DNA of 64,000 bases. It comes from Actinomycetota bacterium. Its GTDB lineage: Bacteria > Actinomycetota > UBA4738. The notes under the pieces were generated by a model. That model searched no databases, was not told where the DNA came from, and was given only the letters and a program-made list of their open reading frames with translations. The stretch covers positions 10,570 through 74,569 of the forward strand of contig JBEDUK010000013.1 of assembly GCA_040414485.1 (NCBI GenBank), read 5' to 3'. The position numbers were made by a program, and so were the translations under genes. Shown in pieces: positions 55,656 to 64,000 of this stretch (its first letter is position 1; every line of letters begins with the position of its first letter).

Positions 55656-56654
55656 TCAGCCCGAACGACCGAACCTGTCCGCCGGGCGCCGCTCCAGACG
55701 GCCGGCTGCGGTGAGGACGCGCAGTGCGTTCAGGGTGAGCATCTCGTTCGGGCCGGCGCTGCCCCAGTCGGCGACGTCGATGCCGGACCCGGCCGCACCG
55801 CGCCGCCAGTAGGTGCCGTCGACCGCCCAGGTGCCGTCGGCGCGACGCTTGCGTTCGACGAGATCGAGGGCATCCGCCGCGCGCGGATCCGTGATGAGGC
55901 CCAACGGGATCAGTTTCAGCAGCGCCTGCATGACGTCGTAGTGCCAGTAGGCCGGATACCTGAGGCGCAGCCACGCAGGATTGCCAACTTCCCCGGTCCG
56001 GTGCGACTTGAAGATGTGGTGCCGAAGGAGCAACTCGCCGGCCCGTCCGGCAGCTGTGCGCGCCAGTTCATCGTTCGTCGCGAGCGCGAATTCGGTCAGG
56101 CCCCACATCGGAGAGAGGCTCTCGTGAAACGACGAATGGCTGGCCGCCGGTCGAAGGTCGCAGTTCCAGCCCCCGTCCGGCCATTGCCACTCGATCAGGT
56201 CCCGCGCCATCCGCTGGACGCGAGGATCGCGGGCCATCCCAATTCTGCAGCAGACGGCGAGCGCGTTTCCCTCCATCGAAGCGTGGACCCGCACACGACC
56301 GTCGAGCGCCTTGATGTGACTTCGGCAGTCGTCGCCGCCCAGCCAAACGAGGACCTGCTCGGCTGCCGCGAGCCCTCGTGGATCCCGCGCGGGAAGCCCG
56401 AGTTCTATCAGCGATACGAGTCGCCAGTGCGCCCCGGTCCACTTCCGGTAGGGATGGCATCCGAATCCACCGTCGGCCTGCTGGCCTTCCAGCAGCGCCT
56501 GCACCCTGGGTCCTCCGATGATCGCTCGGCGGACGCCTCGCACGGACGCCGAGGAATCCGACTGGCCGAGAACGTCGACCCGGGTCAGGAACTGTACCGA
56601 CGGGTCGTTCGACGAAAGGAGCCATGCAACGCCCGGGTCCGCGCGTCCCACCAT
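55656..56654 (-). CDS. prenyltransferase/squalene-oxidase (PFTB) repeat protein
   Basis: QADGGFG and QWPDGGWN repeats. Confidence 0.5.
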   Translation of the reverse strand: MVGRADPGVAWLLSSNDPSVQFLTRVDVLGQSDSSASVRGVRRAIIGGPRVQALLEGQQADGGFGCHPYRKWTGAHWRLVSLIELGLPARDPRGLAAAEQVLVWLGGDDCRSHIKALDGRVRVHASMEGNALAVCCRIGMARDPRVQRMARDLIEWQWPDGGWNCDLRPAASHSSFHESLSPMWGLTEFALATNDELARTAAGRAGELLLRHHIFKSHRTGEVGNPAWLRLRYPAYWHYDVMQALLKLIPLGLITDPRAADALDLVERKRRADGTWAVDGTYWRRGAAGSGIDVADWGSAGPNEMLTLNALRVLTAAGRLERRPADRFGRSG

Positions 56655-56753
56655 CGACGGCTCGAGACTACGCGCTGGGCCGCTCCGGGATCGAGCGCTC
56701 CGGCATCGGGAGGACCCGGAGTGCCGTGTCGGTGGATGCCGAACCCGTTTCGT

Positions 56754-57761
56754 TCAATGCCGGGAGCGACTCGCGTAGCCCGCGATGGTCTTCATGTAGT
56801 TCGCCCGCTCGAACGCCGCCGGGTCGGGAAGCGAACGCTGGCTCATGGAGCCCCGGAGCTGTGACACGGATTCGTACTCATGCACGAGCATCCATTCGCG
56901 GAGCGCCTCTTCCACACGAGCGACGTGCTCGGGACCGTGCCGGAGGAGCGCCGACGTCATCATGGCCACATCGGCGCCGACCATCAGGACGCGAACCACG
57001 TCCTCCGCGGTGTGCACACCGGTCGTCGCCGCCAGATATGCGTCCACCCGTCCGTGCAGGATCCCGATCCAACGAAGCGGGAGTCGTAATTCGTTGGAAT
57101 TGGACAGCGTCAGGTGGCGGACGACGTGAAATTCCTCCAGGTCAAGGTCCGGCTGATAGAACCTGTTGAACAGCACCAGCCCGTCGGCGCCGGCCGCCAC
57201 CATGCGCCGGGCCATGTGCCCGATGGAGCTGAAGAACGGCCCCACCTTCACGGCGAGCGGGACGGTGACGGAGTCTCTGACCGCCTCGATGAGATCGAGG
57301 TACTGGCGTTCGACGTCGTCTCCCGACTGCCGGGTGTCGGCCGCCACGTAGTACACGTTCAATTCGAGCGCGTCGGCGCCGGCCTCCTGCAGGCGGCGCG
57401 CGTACCGGACCCACCAGCCGTCGGACACGCCGTTGAGGCTCGCGATCACCGGCACGGAGAGCGACGCCTTCGCTTCTTCGACCAGCTGCAGGTAGTCATC
57501 CGGCCCGGTGTTGTAGTCCTCGAGCTCCGGGAAGTAGGACAGCGCCTCCGCGAAGCATTCGGCGCCGGTTTCGATCACCCGGTCCAGGTGGAGCTCGGCG
57601 TGGGTGATCTGCTCCTCGAACAGCGACGGCAGCACGACCGCGGCGACGCCCGCGTCGTCCAGGCGCCGGAGGGATGGGAGCGACCCCGTCAGCGGCGAGG
57701 CGGACGCCACCAGCGGCGATCGGAGCGGGAGACCGAGGTATGTGGTCGAAAGGTCCGTCAC
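56754..57761 (-). CDS. dihydroorotate dehydrogenase-like protein (PFOR-associated)
   Basis: TIM-barrel DHOD family 1 similarity; start overlaps PFOR stop by 4 nt. Confidence 0.75.
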   Translation of the reverse strand: MTDLSTTYLGLPLRSPLVASASPLTGSLPSLRRLDDAGVAAVVLPSLFEEQITHAELHLDRVIETGAECFAEALSYFPELEDYNTGPDDYLQLVEEAKASLSVPVIASLNGVSDGWWVRYARRLQEAGADALELNVYYVAADTRQSGDDVERQYLDLIEAVRDSVTVPLAVKVGPFFSSIGHMARRMVAAGADGLVLFNRFYQPDLDLEEFHVVRHLTLSNSNELRLPLRWIGILHGRVDAYLAATTGVHTAEDVVRVLMVGADVAMMTSALLRHGPEHVARVEEALREWMLVHEYESVSQLRGSMSQRSLPDPAAFERANYMKTIAGYASRSRH

Positions 57762-60700
57762 GATGACACCTCCTCATCCGGCTCGACCGCCGGCAACGCC
57801 GGCGCGGTGCGTTCGACGCCGACCAGTTGCTCCTGGAAGCGGCGTCGCTCGCGCACATCCTCTTCCGCGAGGTCCATCAGCCGCCGATGGCCTGCGGGGT
57901 CGCTCCTCGCGAGCATCCAGAACCGCGCCTCGCGCGAGGTGAACTCCTCCAGCGGTATCGACGGTGGCTTCGCGTCCAGGTGGAACGGATGCTCGTGCTC
58001 GCCCGCGCCCGGGTTGAACCGGAACAGCGGCCAATAGCCGCTTCGGACCGCGTCCTTCTGGTGCGTCATGGACGTCGCCATGTCGATCCCGTGCGCGATG
58101 CACGTCGAATACGCGATCACCAGCGACGGACCGTCCCACGCCTCGGCCTCGAGCAGCGCCCGCACCGCCTGCATGTCGTTGGCGCCCAACGCGATCTGCG
58201 CGACATAGACGTTGCCGTAGGTGGTCGCGATCAGCCCGAGCTCCTTCTTCTCCGTCGGCTTGCCGCGCGCCGCGAACTTCGCCAGGGCGCCGCGCGGCGT
58301 GGACTTCGACGCCTGGCCGCCGGTGTTCGAATACACCTCGGTGTCGAGGACCAGGACGTTCACGTTGCGGCCGCTCGCCAGGACGTGATCGAGGCCGGCC
58401 GACCCGATGTCGTACGCCCAGCCGTCGCCGCCGACGATCCAGACGCTTCGACGCACGAGGTCGTCCGCCAGCCCGGCGAGGTCCTCTGCCGCCGAGGAAG
58501 TTGAACCGTTCAACGACGCGAGGCGGTGCTTGAGAGAGGTGACTCGGTCTCGCTGGAGTGCCACTTCATCGTCTGTCGACTGCGTCGCGTTCAGGATGCT
58601 GTTCGCCAGCGGCTCGCCCACATCCGCGGACAGCGACTCCAGCAGGTGCCGCGCGTGCGCGTTCTGCCGGTCGAGCGCCAGCCGCATGCCCAGGCCGAAT
58701 TCGGCGTTGTCCTCGAACAGCGAGTTCGCCCACGCGGGACCGCGCCCGTCCGAGGCCCGCGCCGACCATGGTGTCGTCGGCAGGTTCCCGCCGTAGATCG
58801 ACGAGCAGCCGGTCGCGTTCGCCACGATCAACCGGTCGCCGAAGAGCTGGGTGAGCAGCTTGAGGTACGGCGTCTCCCCGCACCCGGCGCACGCGCCCGA
58901 GAACTCGAACAGCGGCGGCCGGATCTGGGAGCCCTTGACCGTGTCGGGCTCCATGAATCCGGCCGGTGGATCGGGGATCGACAGGAAGAACTCGAACGCG
59001 TCGCGCTCGGCGGCGCGGAGGGGTTCGGCCGGCGCCATGTTCAGCGCCTTGTGCTTGATCTCCTCCTTGCTTCGTGCGGGGCACACGTCCACGCAGACGC
59101 CGCATCCGGTGCAGTCGTCGGGGGCGACCTGGATCGACAGCAGCGGTCCGGTGCCGCCGTCGGCGCCGCGCGCGTGCGCACCGAACGGCTTCGAACGGAA
59201 CCCCTCCGGCGCCCCGTCGAGCGACGCGGCGTCGAAGACCTTCATGCGGACAGCCGCGTGCGGACAGACGATCGCGCACTTGCCGCAGTCGATGCAGATC
59301 GAGGGATCCCACACGGGGATCTCCTCCCCGATCGCCCGCTTCTCCCATCGGGCGGTCCCGGTGGGGAACGTCCCGTCGACGGGCAGGGCGCTGACCGGGA
59401 GCAGGTCGCCCTGGCCCGCCAGCATCCGGGCCGTCACCCGCTGCACGAAGTCGGGGGCCTCCTGCCAGACGACGGCTCGTCGCGACGGCGCTGCGGCCGA
59501 CGCCTCGCCTGGGACGCGGACCCGCTGCAGCGCCTCCAGCGCCGCATCGACGGCGGCGAGGTTGCGCTGCACGACCGTCTCGCCGCGGCGCCCGTACGTC
59601 TTCTCGATCGAACGCCGGATCGCGGCCATCGCGTCGTCGCGGGGAAGCACGTCTGCCAGCGCGAAGAAGCACGGCTGCATCACGGTGTTGATCCGTCCGG
59701 CCAAGCCGGCCTCGCGGGCGACGCTGCCTGCGTCGATCACCCACAGGTCGAGCCCCTTGTCGATGATCGTCCGCTGAACCTCGGCCGGGAGCCGTTCCCA
59801 CACCTCATCCGGCCCGTACGGGCTGTTCAGCAGGAAGGTCGCGCCCGGCTCGGCCAGACCCAGGACGTCCACCCGGTCCAGCAGGCCGAGGTGATGGCAC
59901 GCCACGAAGTTCGCCCGCGAGATCAGGTACGTCGAGCGGATCGGCTCGCGCGAGAAGCGCAGGTGCGAAGTGGTAAGGCTACCTGACTTCTTCGAGTCGT
60001 AGACGAAGTACCCCTGCACGAACAGGCCGGTCTCCTCGCCGACAATCTTCGCGCTGTTCTTGTTCGCGCCGACCGTCCCGTCGCTGCCCAGTCCGAAGAA
60101 CACCGCGCGAACGTCGGCGCGGTCGGTCGAGAACGAGGGATCGACCGTGAGGCTCGTGTGCGTGACGTCGTCGACGATGCCCACCGTGAACCGGCGCTTC
60201 GGCTCCGGGGCTGCCAGCTCGCCGAATACGGCGGCGACCATCGCCGGGGTGAACTCCTTCGACGAGAGCCCGTACCGTCCGCCGATCACCAGGGGCATGG
60301 GCACCCCGTCGCTCATCGACCGCTCCGCGAACGCCGTCACGACGTCCTGGAGGAGCGGCTCGCCCTGCGCGCCCGGCTCCTTCGTTCGATCGAGCACCGC
60401 CACGGACCGGACGCTCGCCGGCAGCGCGTCGAAGAGCGCCGCCGTCGGGAACGGCCGGAACAGGCGGATGGTGAGCAGCCCGACGCGTTCCCCGGAGGCG
60501 TTCAGTGCCTCGACCGCCTCCCCGGCTGCGCCGGCGCCCGAGCCCATCAGCACCATCACGCGCTCGGCGTCCGGCGCGCCGGTGTAGTCGATCAGGTGGT
60601 ACCGGCGGCCGGTCTGTGCGGCCAGGGAGTCCATCGATGCCTGGACCGCGTCCGGCACGGCTACGTAGAACGGGTTGCAGGCCTCGCGCGCCTGGAAGAA

Positions 60701-61396
60701 CACGTCGGGGTTCTGGGCCGAGCCGCGCAGCACCGGCCGGTCCGGGGTGAGGCCTCGTGACCGGTGCGCGCGGACGGCCTCCAGGTCGATCAGCGCCAGC
60801 AGGTCCTCGTCGGACAGCGGCCGGATGCGGTCGATCTCGTGCGAGGTGCGGAAGCCGTCGAAGAAGTGCAGGAACGGGACGCGCGTGGCAAGGGTTGTCG
60901 CGTGCGAAACCGCCGCCAGGTCCTGTGCCTCCTGGACGGTCGAGGAGCACAGCATCGCCCACCCGGTCGGTCGCACCGCCATGACGTCCGACTGGTCGCC
61001 GAAGATCGACAGGGCGTGGGTGGCGACGGTTCGCGCCGCGACGTGGATGACCGCCGGGGTCAGTTCCCCGGCGATCTTGAACATGTTCGGGATCATGAGA
61101 AGCAGGCCCTGCGACGCGGTGAACGTCGTCGCCAGCGCGCCGCGCATCACCGCTCCATGGAGCACGCCGGCCGCGCCGGCTTCCGACTGCATCTCGACCA
61201 CCTCGGGGACCTGGCCCCAGAGGTTCTGCCGTCCGGCGGCGCTCCATGCGTCGGCAAGTTCACCCATCACCGACGCCGGGGTGATCGGATAGATGGCGAT
61301 CACCTCCGACAGGCGATGGGCAACTGCTGCGACGGCTTCGTTCCCATCCACGCACGCGTCCACGGCGGTGCGCGTCTCGCGATCGATGACGGCCAT
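57758..61396 (-). CDS. nifJ: pyruvate:ferredoxin (flavodoxin) oxidoreductase
   Basis: 1212 aa; VDGNEAVAAVAHRLSEVIAIYPITPAS N-terminus, CIDCGKCAIVCPH and CTGCGVCVDVCP ferredoxin motifs, TPP GDGW motif. Confidence 0.95.
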   Translation of the reverse strand: MAVIDRETRTAVDACVDGNEAVAAVAHRLSEVIAIYPITPASVMGELADAWSAAGRQNLWGQVPEVVEMQSEAGAAGVLHGAVMRGALATTFTASQGLLLMIPNMFKIAGELTPAVIHVAARTVATHALSIFGDQSDVMAVRPTGWAMLCSSTVQEAQDLAAVSHATTLATRVPFLHFFDGFRTSHEIDRIRPLSDEDLLALIDLEAVRAHRSRGLTPDRPVLRGSAQNPDVFFQAREACNPFYVAVPDAVQASMDSLAAQTGRRYHLIDYTGAPDAERVMVLMGSGAGAAGEAVEALNASGERVGLLTIRLFRPFPTAALFDALPASVRSVAVLDRTKEPGAQGEPLLQDVVTAFAERSMSDGVPMPLVIGGRYGLSSKEFTPAMVAAVFGELAAPEPKRRFTVGIVDDVTHTSLTVDPSFSTDRADVRAVFFGLGSDGTVGANKNSAKIVGEETGLFVQGYFVYDSKKSGSLTTSHLRFSREPIRSTYLISRANFVACHHLGLLDRVDVLGLAEPGATFLLNSPYGPDEVWERLPAEVQRTIIDKGLDLWVIDAGSVAREAGLAGRINTVMQPCFFALADVLPRDDAMAAIRRSIEKTYGRRGETVVQRNLAAVDAALEALQRVRVPGEASAAAPSRRAVVWQEAPDFVQRVTARMLAGQGDLLPVSALPVDGTFPTGTARWEKRAIGEEIPVWDPSICIDCGKCAIVCPHAAVRMKVFDAASLDGAPEGFRSKPFGAHARGADGGTGPLLSIQVAPDDCTGCGVCVDVCPARSKEEIKHKALNMAPAEPLRAAERDAFEFFLSIPDPPAGFMEPDTVKGSQIRPPLFEFSGACAGCGETPYLKLLTQLFGDRLIVANATGCSSIYGGNLPTTPWSARASDGRGPAWANSLFEDNAEFGLGMRLALDRQNAHARHLLESLSADVGEPLANSILNATQSTDDEVALQRDRVTSLKHRLASLNGSTSSAAEDLAGLADDLVRRSVWIVGGDGWAYDIGSAGLDHVLASGRNVNVLVLDTEVYSNTGGQASKSTPRGALAKFAARGKPTEKKELGLIATTYGNVYVAQIALGANDMQAVRALLEAEAWDGPSLVIAYSTCIAHGIDMATSMTHQKDAVRSGYWPLFRFNPGAGEHEHPFHLDAKPPSIPLEEFTSREARFWMLARSDPAGHRRLMDLAEEDVRERRRFQEQLVGVERTAPALPAVEPDEEVSS

Positions 61397-61587
61397 GGTT
61401 CCAACCTCTCTCCAGCCTCTGCCGGTGACGTTATGGCCCCGGTGAACGGCCGCCTTGGGTCCGATGGCCCACCGCAAGCCGGGCCGGATGGCCCGAGGAC
61501 GCGGGCCCGAAGTGCCTGACGGCGAACGCACGGGCGCACGAGTCTCGGTGCGTTGATTCAAGAGGTGTCTGCCTACGGAGGTTCGAC

Positions 61588-62766
61588 ATGGACATCCACG
61601 ACGGCGGGACGATCCGGACGGTCGGCGTTCCGCGAGCGGCGAGAGCCGGAGAGCGCCGCGTCGCAGTGACGCCGGCGATGGTGCCCGTCTACGAGAAGGC
61701 CGGGCTGGGGGTGATCGTCGAACGCGGCGCGGGTGCCGCGGCGGGCTTCCTCGACGACGCGTACAGAGACCGCGGAGCGACCCTGGCCGGACGCGACGAG
61801 GTCTTCGAACGAAGCGACCTGCTCGCCCAGATCAGGGTGGCCGGGCCGGACGAGCGCCCGACGCTTCGGCCCGGTCAGATCGCCGTGGGCCTGTCAGGGG
61901 CGCTGGATGCGACGCATCTGGCGACCGGGATGGCGGCCTCGGGCGCAACGGTCTTCGGCCTGGAACTGCTCCCCCGGATCACCCGCGCGCAGTCGATGGA
62001 CGTGTTGAGCTCGCAGGCCACGGTCGCCGGGTACGCGGCGGTCCTGGTCGGTTCGGCCAGGCTGGCGAAGATGCTGCCGATGATGACCACCGCCGCCGGG
62101 ACGGTGCCGCCGTCCCGCACGCTCGTCGTCGGCGCGGGCGTGGCAGGGCTCCAGGCGATCGCCACCGCCCGGCGCCTCGGCGCCGTGGTCGAGGCCTACG
62201 ACGTCAGGCAGGCGGCGGCTGAGGACGTGGAGAGCCTGGGCGCGCGGTTCGTCGAGCTGCCTCTCAACCCCGGCGACGCCGAGGACGCCAGCGGCTACGC
62301 GAAGGCGCTCGGCGAATCGTTCTACCGCCGGCAGCGCGAACTCCTGGGTCGGGTCGTGTCGAAGGCGGACCTGGTGGTCTGCACGGCCCTCCTGGTCGGC
62401 CGCCCGGCGCCGGTCCTCGTGACCGCGGACGCGGTCCGATCGATGGGCCGCGGGTCCGTGGTCGTCGACCTCGCGGCGGAGAAGGGCGGGAACTGCGAGG
62501 TCACGGAGCCCGACGAGGAGGTGCTCACGGATGAGGGCGTGCTCGTCCTCGGCCCGACCAACCTGGCTTCGGCGACTCCGGCGACCGCCAGCCAGCTGTT
62601 CGCCAAGAACGTGTCGGCGTTCGTCCTGCATGTGGTGAGAGAAGGGGTCCTGACGGTCGACTCGGAGGATCCGATCGCCACGCAGACGCTCGTCTGCCGC
62701 GCCGGCGCCGTCGTGAACAAGCGGGTCGTGAGCATGTTCGAGGAGCACGAGGGGAGGGCGGCGTGA
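61588..62766 (+). CDS. pntAA: NAD(P) transhydrogenase subunit alpha part 1
   Basis: GVVERGAGAAAGF..., VVGAGVAGLQAI Rossmann motif. Confidence 0.9.
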   Translation: MDIHDGGTIRTVGVPRAARAGERRVAVTPAMVPVYEKAGLGVIVERGAGAAAGFLDDAYRDRGATLAGRDEVFERSDLLAQIRVAGPDERPTLRPGQIAVGLSGALDATHLATGMAASGATVFGLELLPRITRAQSMDVLSSQATVAGYAAVLVGSARLAKMLPMMTTAAGTVPPSRTLVVGAGVAGLQAIATARRLGAVVEAYDVRQAAAEDVESLGARFVELPLNPGDAEDASGYAKALGESFYRRQRELLGRVVSKADLVVCTALLVGRPAPVLVTADAVRSMGRGSVVVDLAAEKGGNCEVTEPDEEVLTDEGVLVLGPTNLASATPATASQLFAKNVSAFVLHVVREGVLTVDSEDPIATQTLVCRAGAVVNKRVVSMFEEHEGRAA

Positions 62767-64000
62767 TGTCCGCGTCGATCGAGGCGGGGCTGTACGTCCT
62801 GGTGTTGGCGACCTTCCTTGGATTCGAACTGATCCGGCGCGTGCCGAAACTGCTGCATACGCCGCTGATGGCGCTGACGAACGCGATCTCCGGCGTGGCC
62901 CTCGTGGGATCGCTGGTCGTCGCGGGCGCCGATCATCCCGGTTGGGCGGTCGCGTTGGGGGCCGTGGCGGTGATGACCTCGACGATCAACGTCGTTGGCG
63001 GGTTCCTCATCACCGACCGCATGCTGCGCATGTTCAGGCGTCGCGATCCTTCCGCGGCGGAGGCTGGCACCGATGTCGCCGGAGCGGAGAAGGCCACGCC
63101 GACGGCGCAGACGGTGTCGAAGAGGTTCCTGGTGCCGGCCGCCGGCGCCGCCTCGCTGGTAGCGATCTGGGCCGTCCGGTCCGCGTGGACCGGCGGCGCC
63201 GGGCGCGGGACGGCGACCTTCACGACGCTGATGTACCTGGGCGCGGCGGCGGCGTTCGTCCTCGGGCTCGGCTGGCTGACCGACCCGCGCACCGCGCGCC
63301 GCGGCGTGCTGGTGGCCGAGGTCGGGATGCTGCTCGCGGTCGTCGGCACACTGGTCAAGGCCGACGTCGTGTCGTTCGAATGGATCCTGCTCGCGGCGGC
63401 GGTGGGGACCGCGATCGGAATCCCGATTGCGCGGCTGACGCCCATGACCGCGGTGCCGCAGATGATCGCGCTGTCGCACGCGTTCGGCGCGCTGGCGGCG
63501 GCGTTGGTGGGGACCGTCGAGTACTACCTGCGCCAACCTCGGATCTCGGCGTTCACCATGACCGTGATCGGGATCGAGGTCCTGCTCGGGTACCTGACGT
63601 TCACGGGCTCGCTCATGGCCTTCGGCAAGCTGCAGGGGGTTCTGCCCGAACGCCCGCTGGTCTACAAAGGTCAGAACGTCGTGAACCTCGGTGTGCTGGC
63701 GCTGGCGCTCGGCATCGGGGTGTGGCTCGCGGTGAGCCCGGGCGGAGCCGTGGCGTTCGCCGTCATGGCCGCGCTCGCGCTCGCGTTCGGCGTCATGCTG
63801 ATCGTCCCGATCGGCGGGTCGGACATGCCGACGGTCATCTCGCTGATGAACTCCTACGCCGGGCTGGCCGGCGCCGCGATGGGGTTCGTGCTCCGGAACC
63901 CGCTGCTGATCGTGGCCGGCGCCCTGAACGGCGCGTCAGGGCTCCTGCTGTCCGTGATCATGTGCCGGGCGATGAACCGTTCGTTCACGAACGTCCTGTT
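62766..64000 (+). CDS. pntB: NAD(P) transhydrogenase alpha part 2 fused in-frame to beta subunit N-terminus (runs off window end)
   Basis: own translation: MSASIEAGLYVLVLATFLGFELI...RMLRMF (PntAB) continues without stop through linker into ...DMPTVISLMNSYAGLAGAAMGF...CRAMNRSF (PntB). Confidence 0.7.
   Translation, partial: MSASIEAGLYVLVLATFLGFELIRRVPKLLHTPLMALTNAISGVALVGSLVVAGADHPGWAVALGAVAVMTSTINVVGGFLITDRMLRMFRRRDPSAAEAGTDVAGAEKATPTAQTVSKRFLVPAAGAASLVAIWAVRSAWTGGAGRGTATFTTLMYLGAAAAFVLGLGWLTDPRTARRGVLVAEVGMLLAVVGTLVKADVVSFEWILLAAAVGTAIGIPIARLTPMTAVPQMIALSHAFGALAAALVGTVEYYLRQPRISAFTMTVIGIEVLLGYLTFTGSLMAFGKLQGVLPERPLVYKGQNVVNLGVLALALGIGVWLAVSPGGAVAFAVMAALALAFGVMLIVPIGGSDMPTVISLMNSYAGLAGAAMGFVLRNPLLIVAGALNGASGLLLSVIMCRAMNRSFTNVL

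Noticed and set aside
1-64000. CRISPR arrays, transposases or integrases, tRNA/rRNA genes
   Set aside because: No direct-repeat or spacer arrays, no DDE or tyrosine-recombinase-like ORFs, and no tRNA-like cloverleaf candidates recognised.

Overview
High-GC (~70%) actinobacterial-type chromosomal segment with dense coding on both strands. Most long ORFs in the six-frame track are Arg/Gly-rich antisense artefacts of real genes; calls below rest on recognisable protein families, start-codon context and translational coupling (ATGA/GTGA overlaps). Coordinates may be off by 1 in places.

Three themes are visible.

(1) A phosphate-acquisition and polyphosphate locus (1..24300):
- A secreted phosphoesterase on the minus strand, running off the window start.
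- An atypical pstC-pstA-pstB operon followed by two C-terminally membrane-anchored PstS-like paralogs and a class-E sortase homolog whose catalytic Cys is replaced by Ala. A lipoprotein, an apparently frameshifted DUF308/HdeD-like gene and a third Cys-rich PstS/PBP-like secreted protein follow.
- A GntR/UTRA regulator, then a minus-strand ppk1 - CYTH/CHAD - NUDIX - SixA operon.
- A canonical pstS-pstC-pstA-pstB-phoU operon, followed by a translationally overlapped orphan OmpR-family response regulator.
- Streptomyces-type PHO boxes (GTTCACC direct repeats at 11-bp phasing) upstream of both pst operons and of the third PstS-like gene.

(2) A hypoxia/fermentation gene set around a DosS/DosR-like (GAF-GAF kinase plus NarL-family regulator) two-component system:
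- Fused GNAT-ADP-forming acetyl-CoA synthetase, CBS-BON and CBS-pair (Hrp1-like) proteins, acetyl-CoA hydrolase/transferase, WS/DGAT triacylglycerol synthase, and a P-type ATPase.
- A group 3b [NiFe]-hydrogenase operon (hydB-G-D-A plus maturation protease, hypF and asnA).
- DUF1918, PFOR plus a DHOD-like partner, and pntAA with a fused pntAB-pntB.
- At least seven of these promoter regions carry a shared 14-bp inverted repeat GGGCCGWWCGGC(C/A)C at about -60 to -90, which resembles a DosR box.

(3) A tandemly duplicated two-gene module (small single-TM Gly/Ser/His-tailed protein plus ApbE flavin transferase), followed by a ferric-reductase-like (MsrQ-like) dihaem membrane protein. This is a candidate uncharacterised flavinylation / transmembrane electron-transfer system.

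No rRNA, tRNA, CRISPR array or transposase was recognised.
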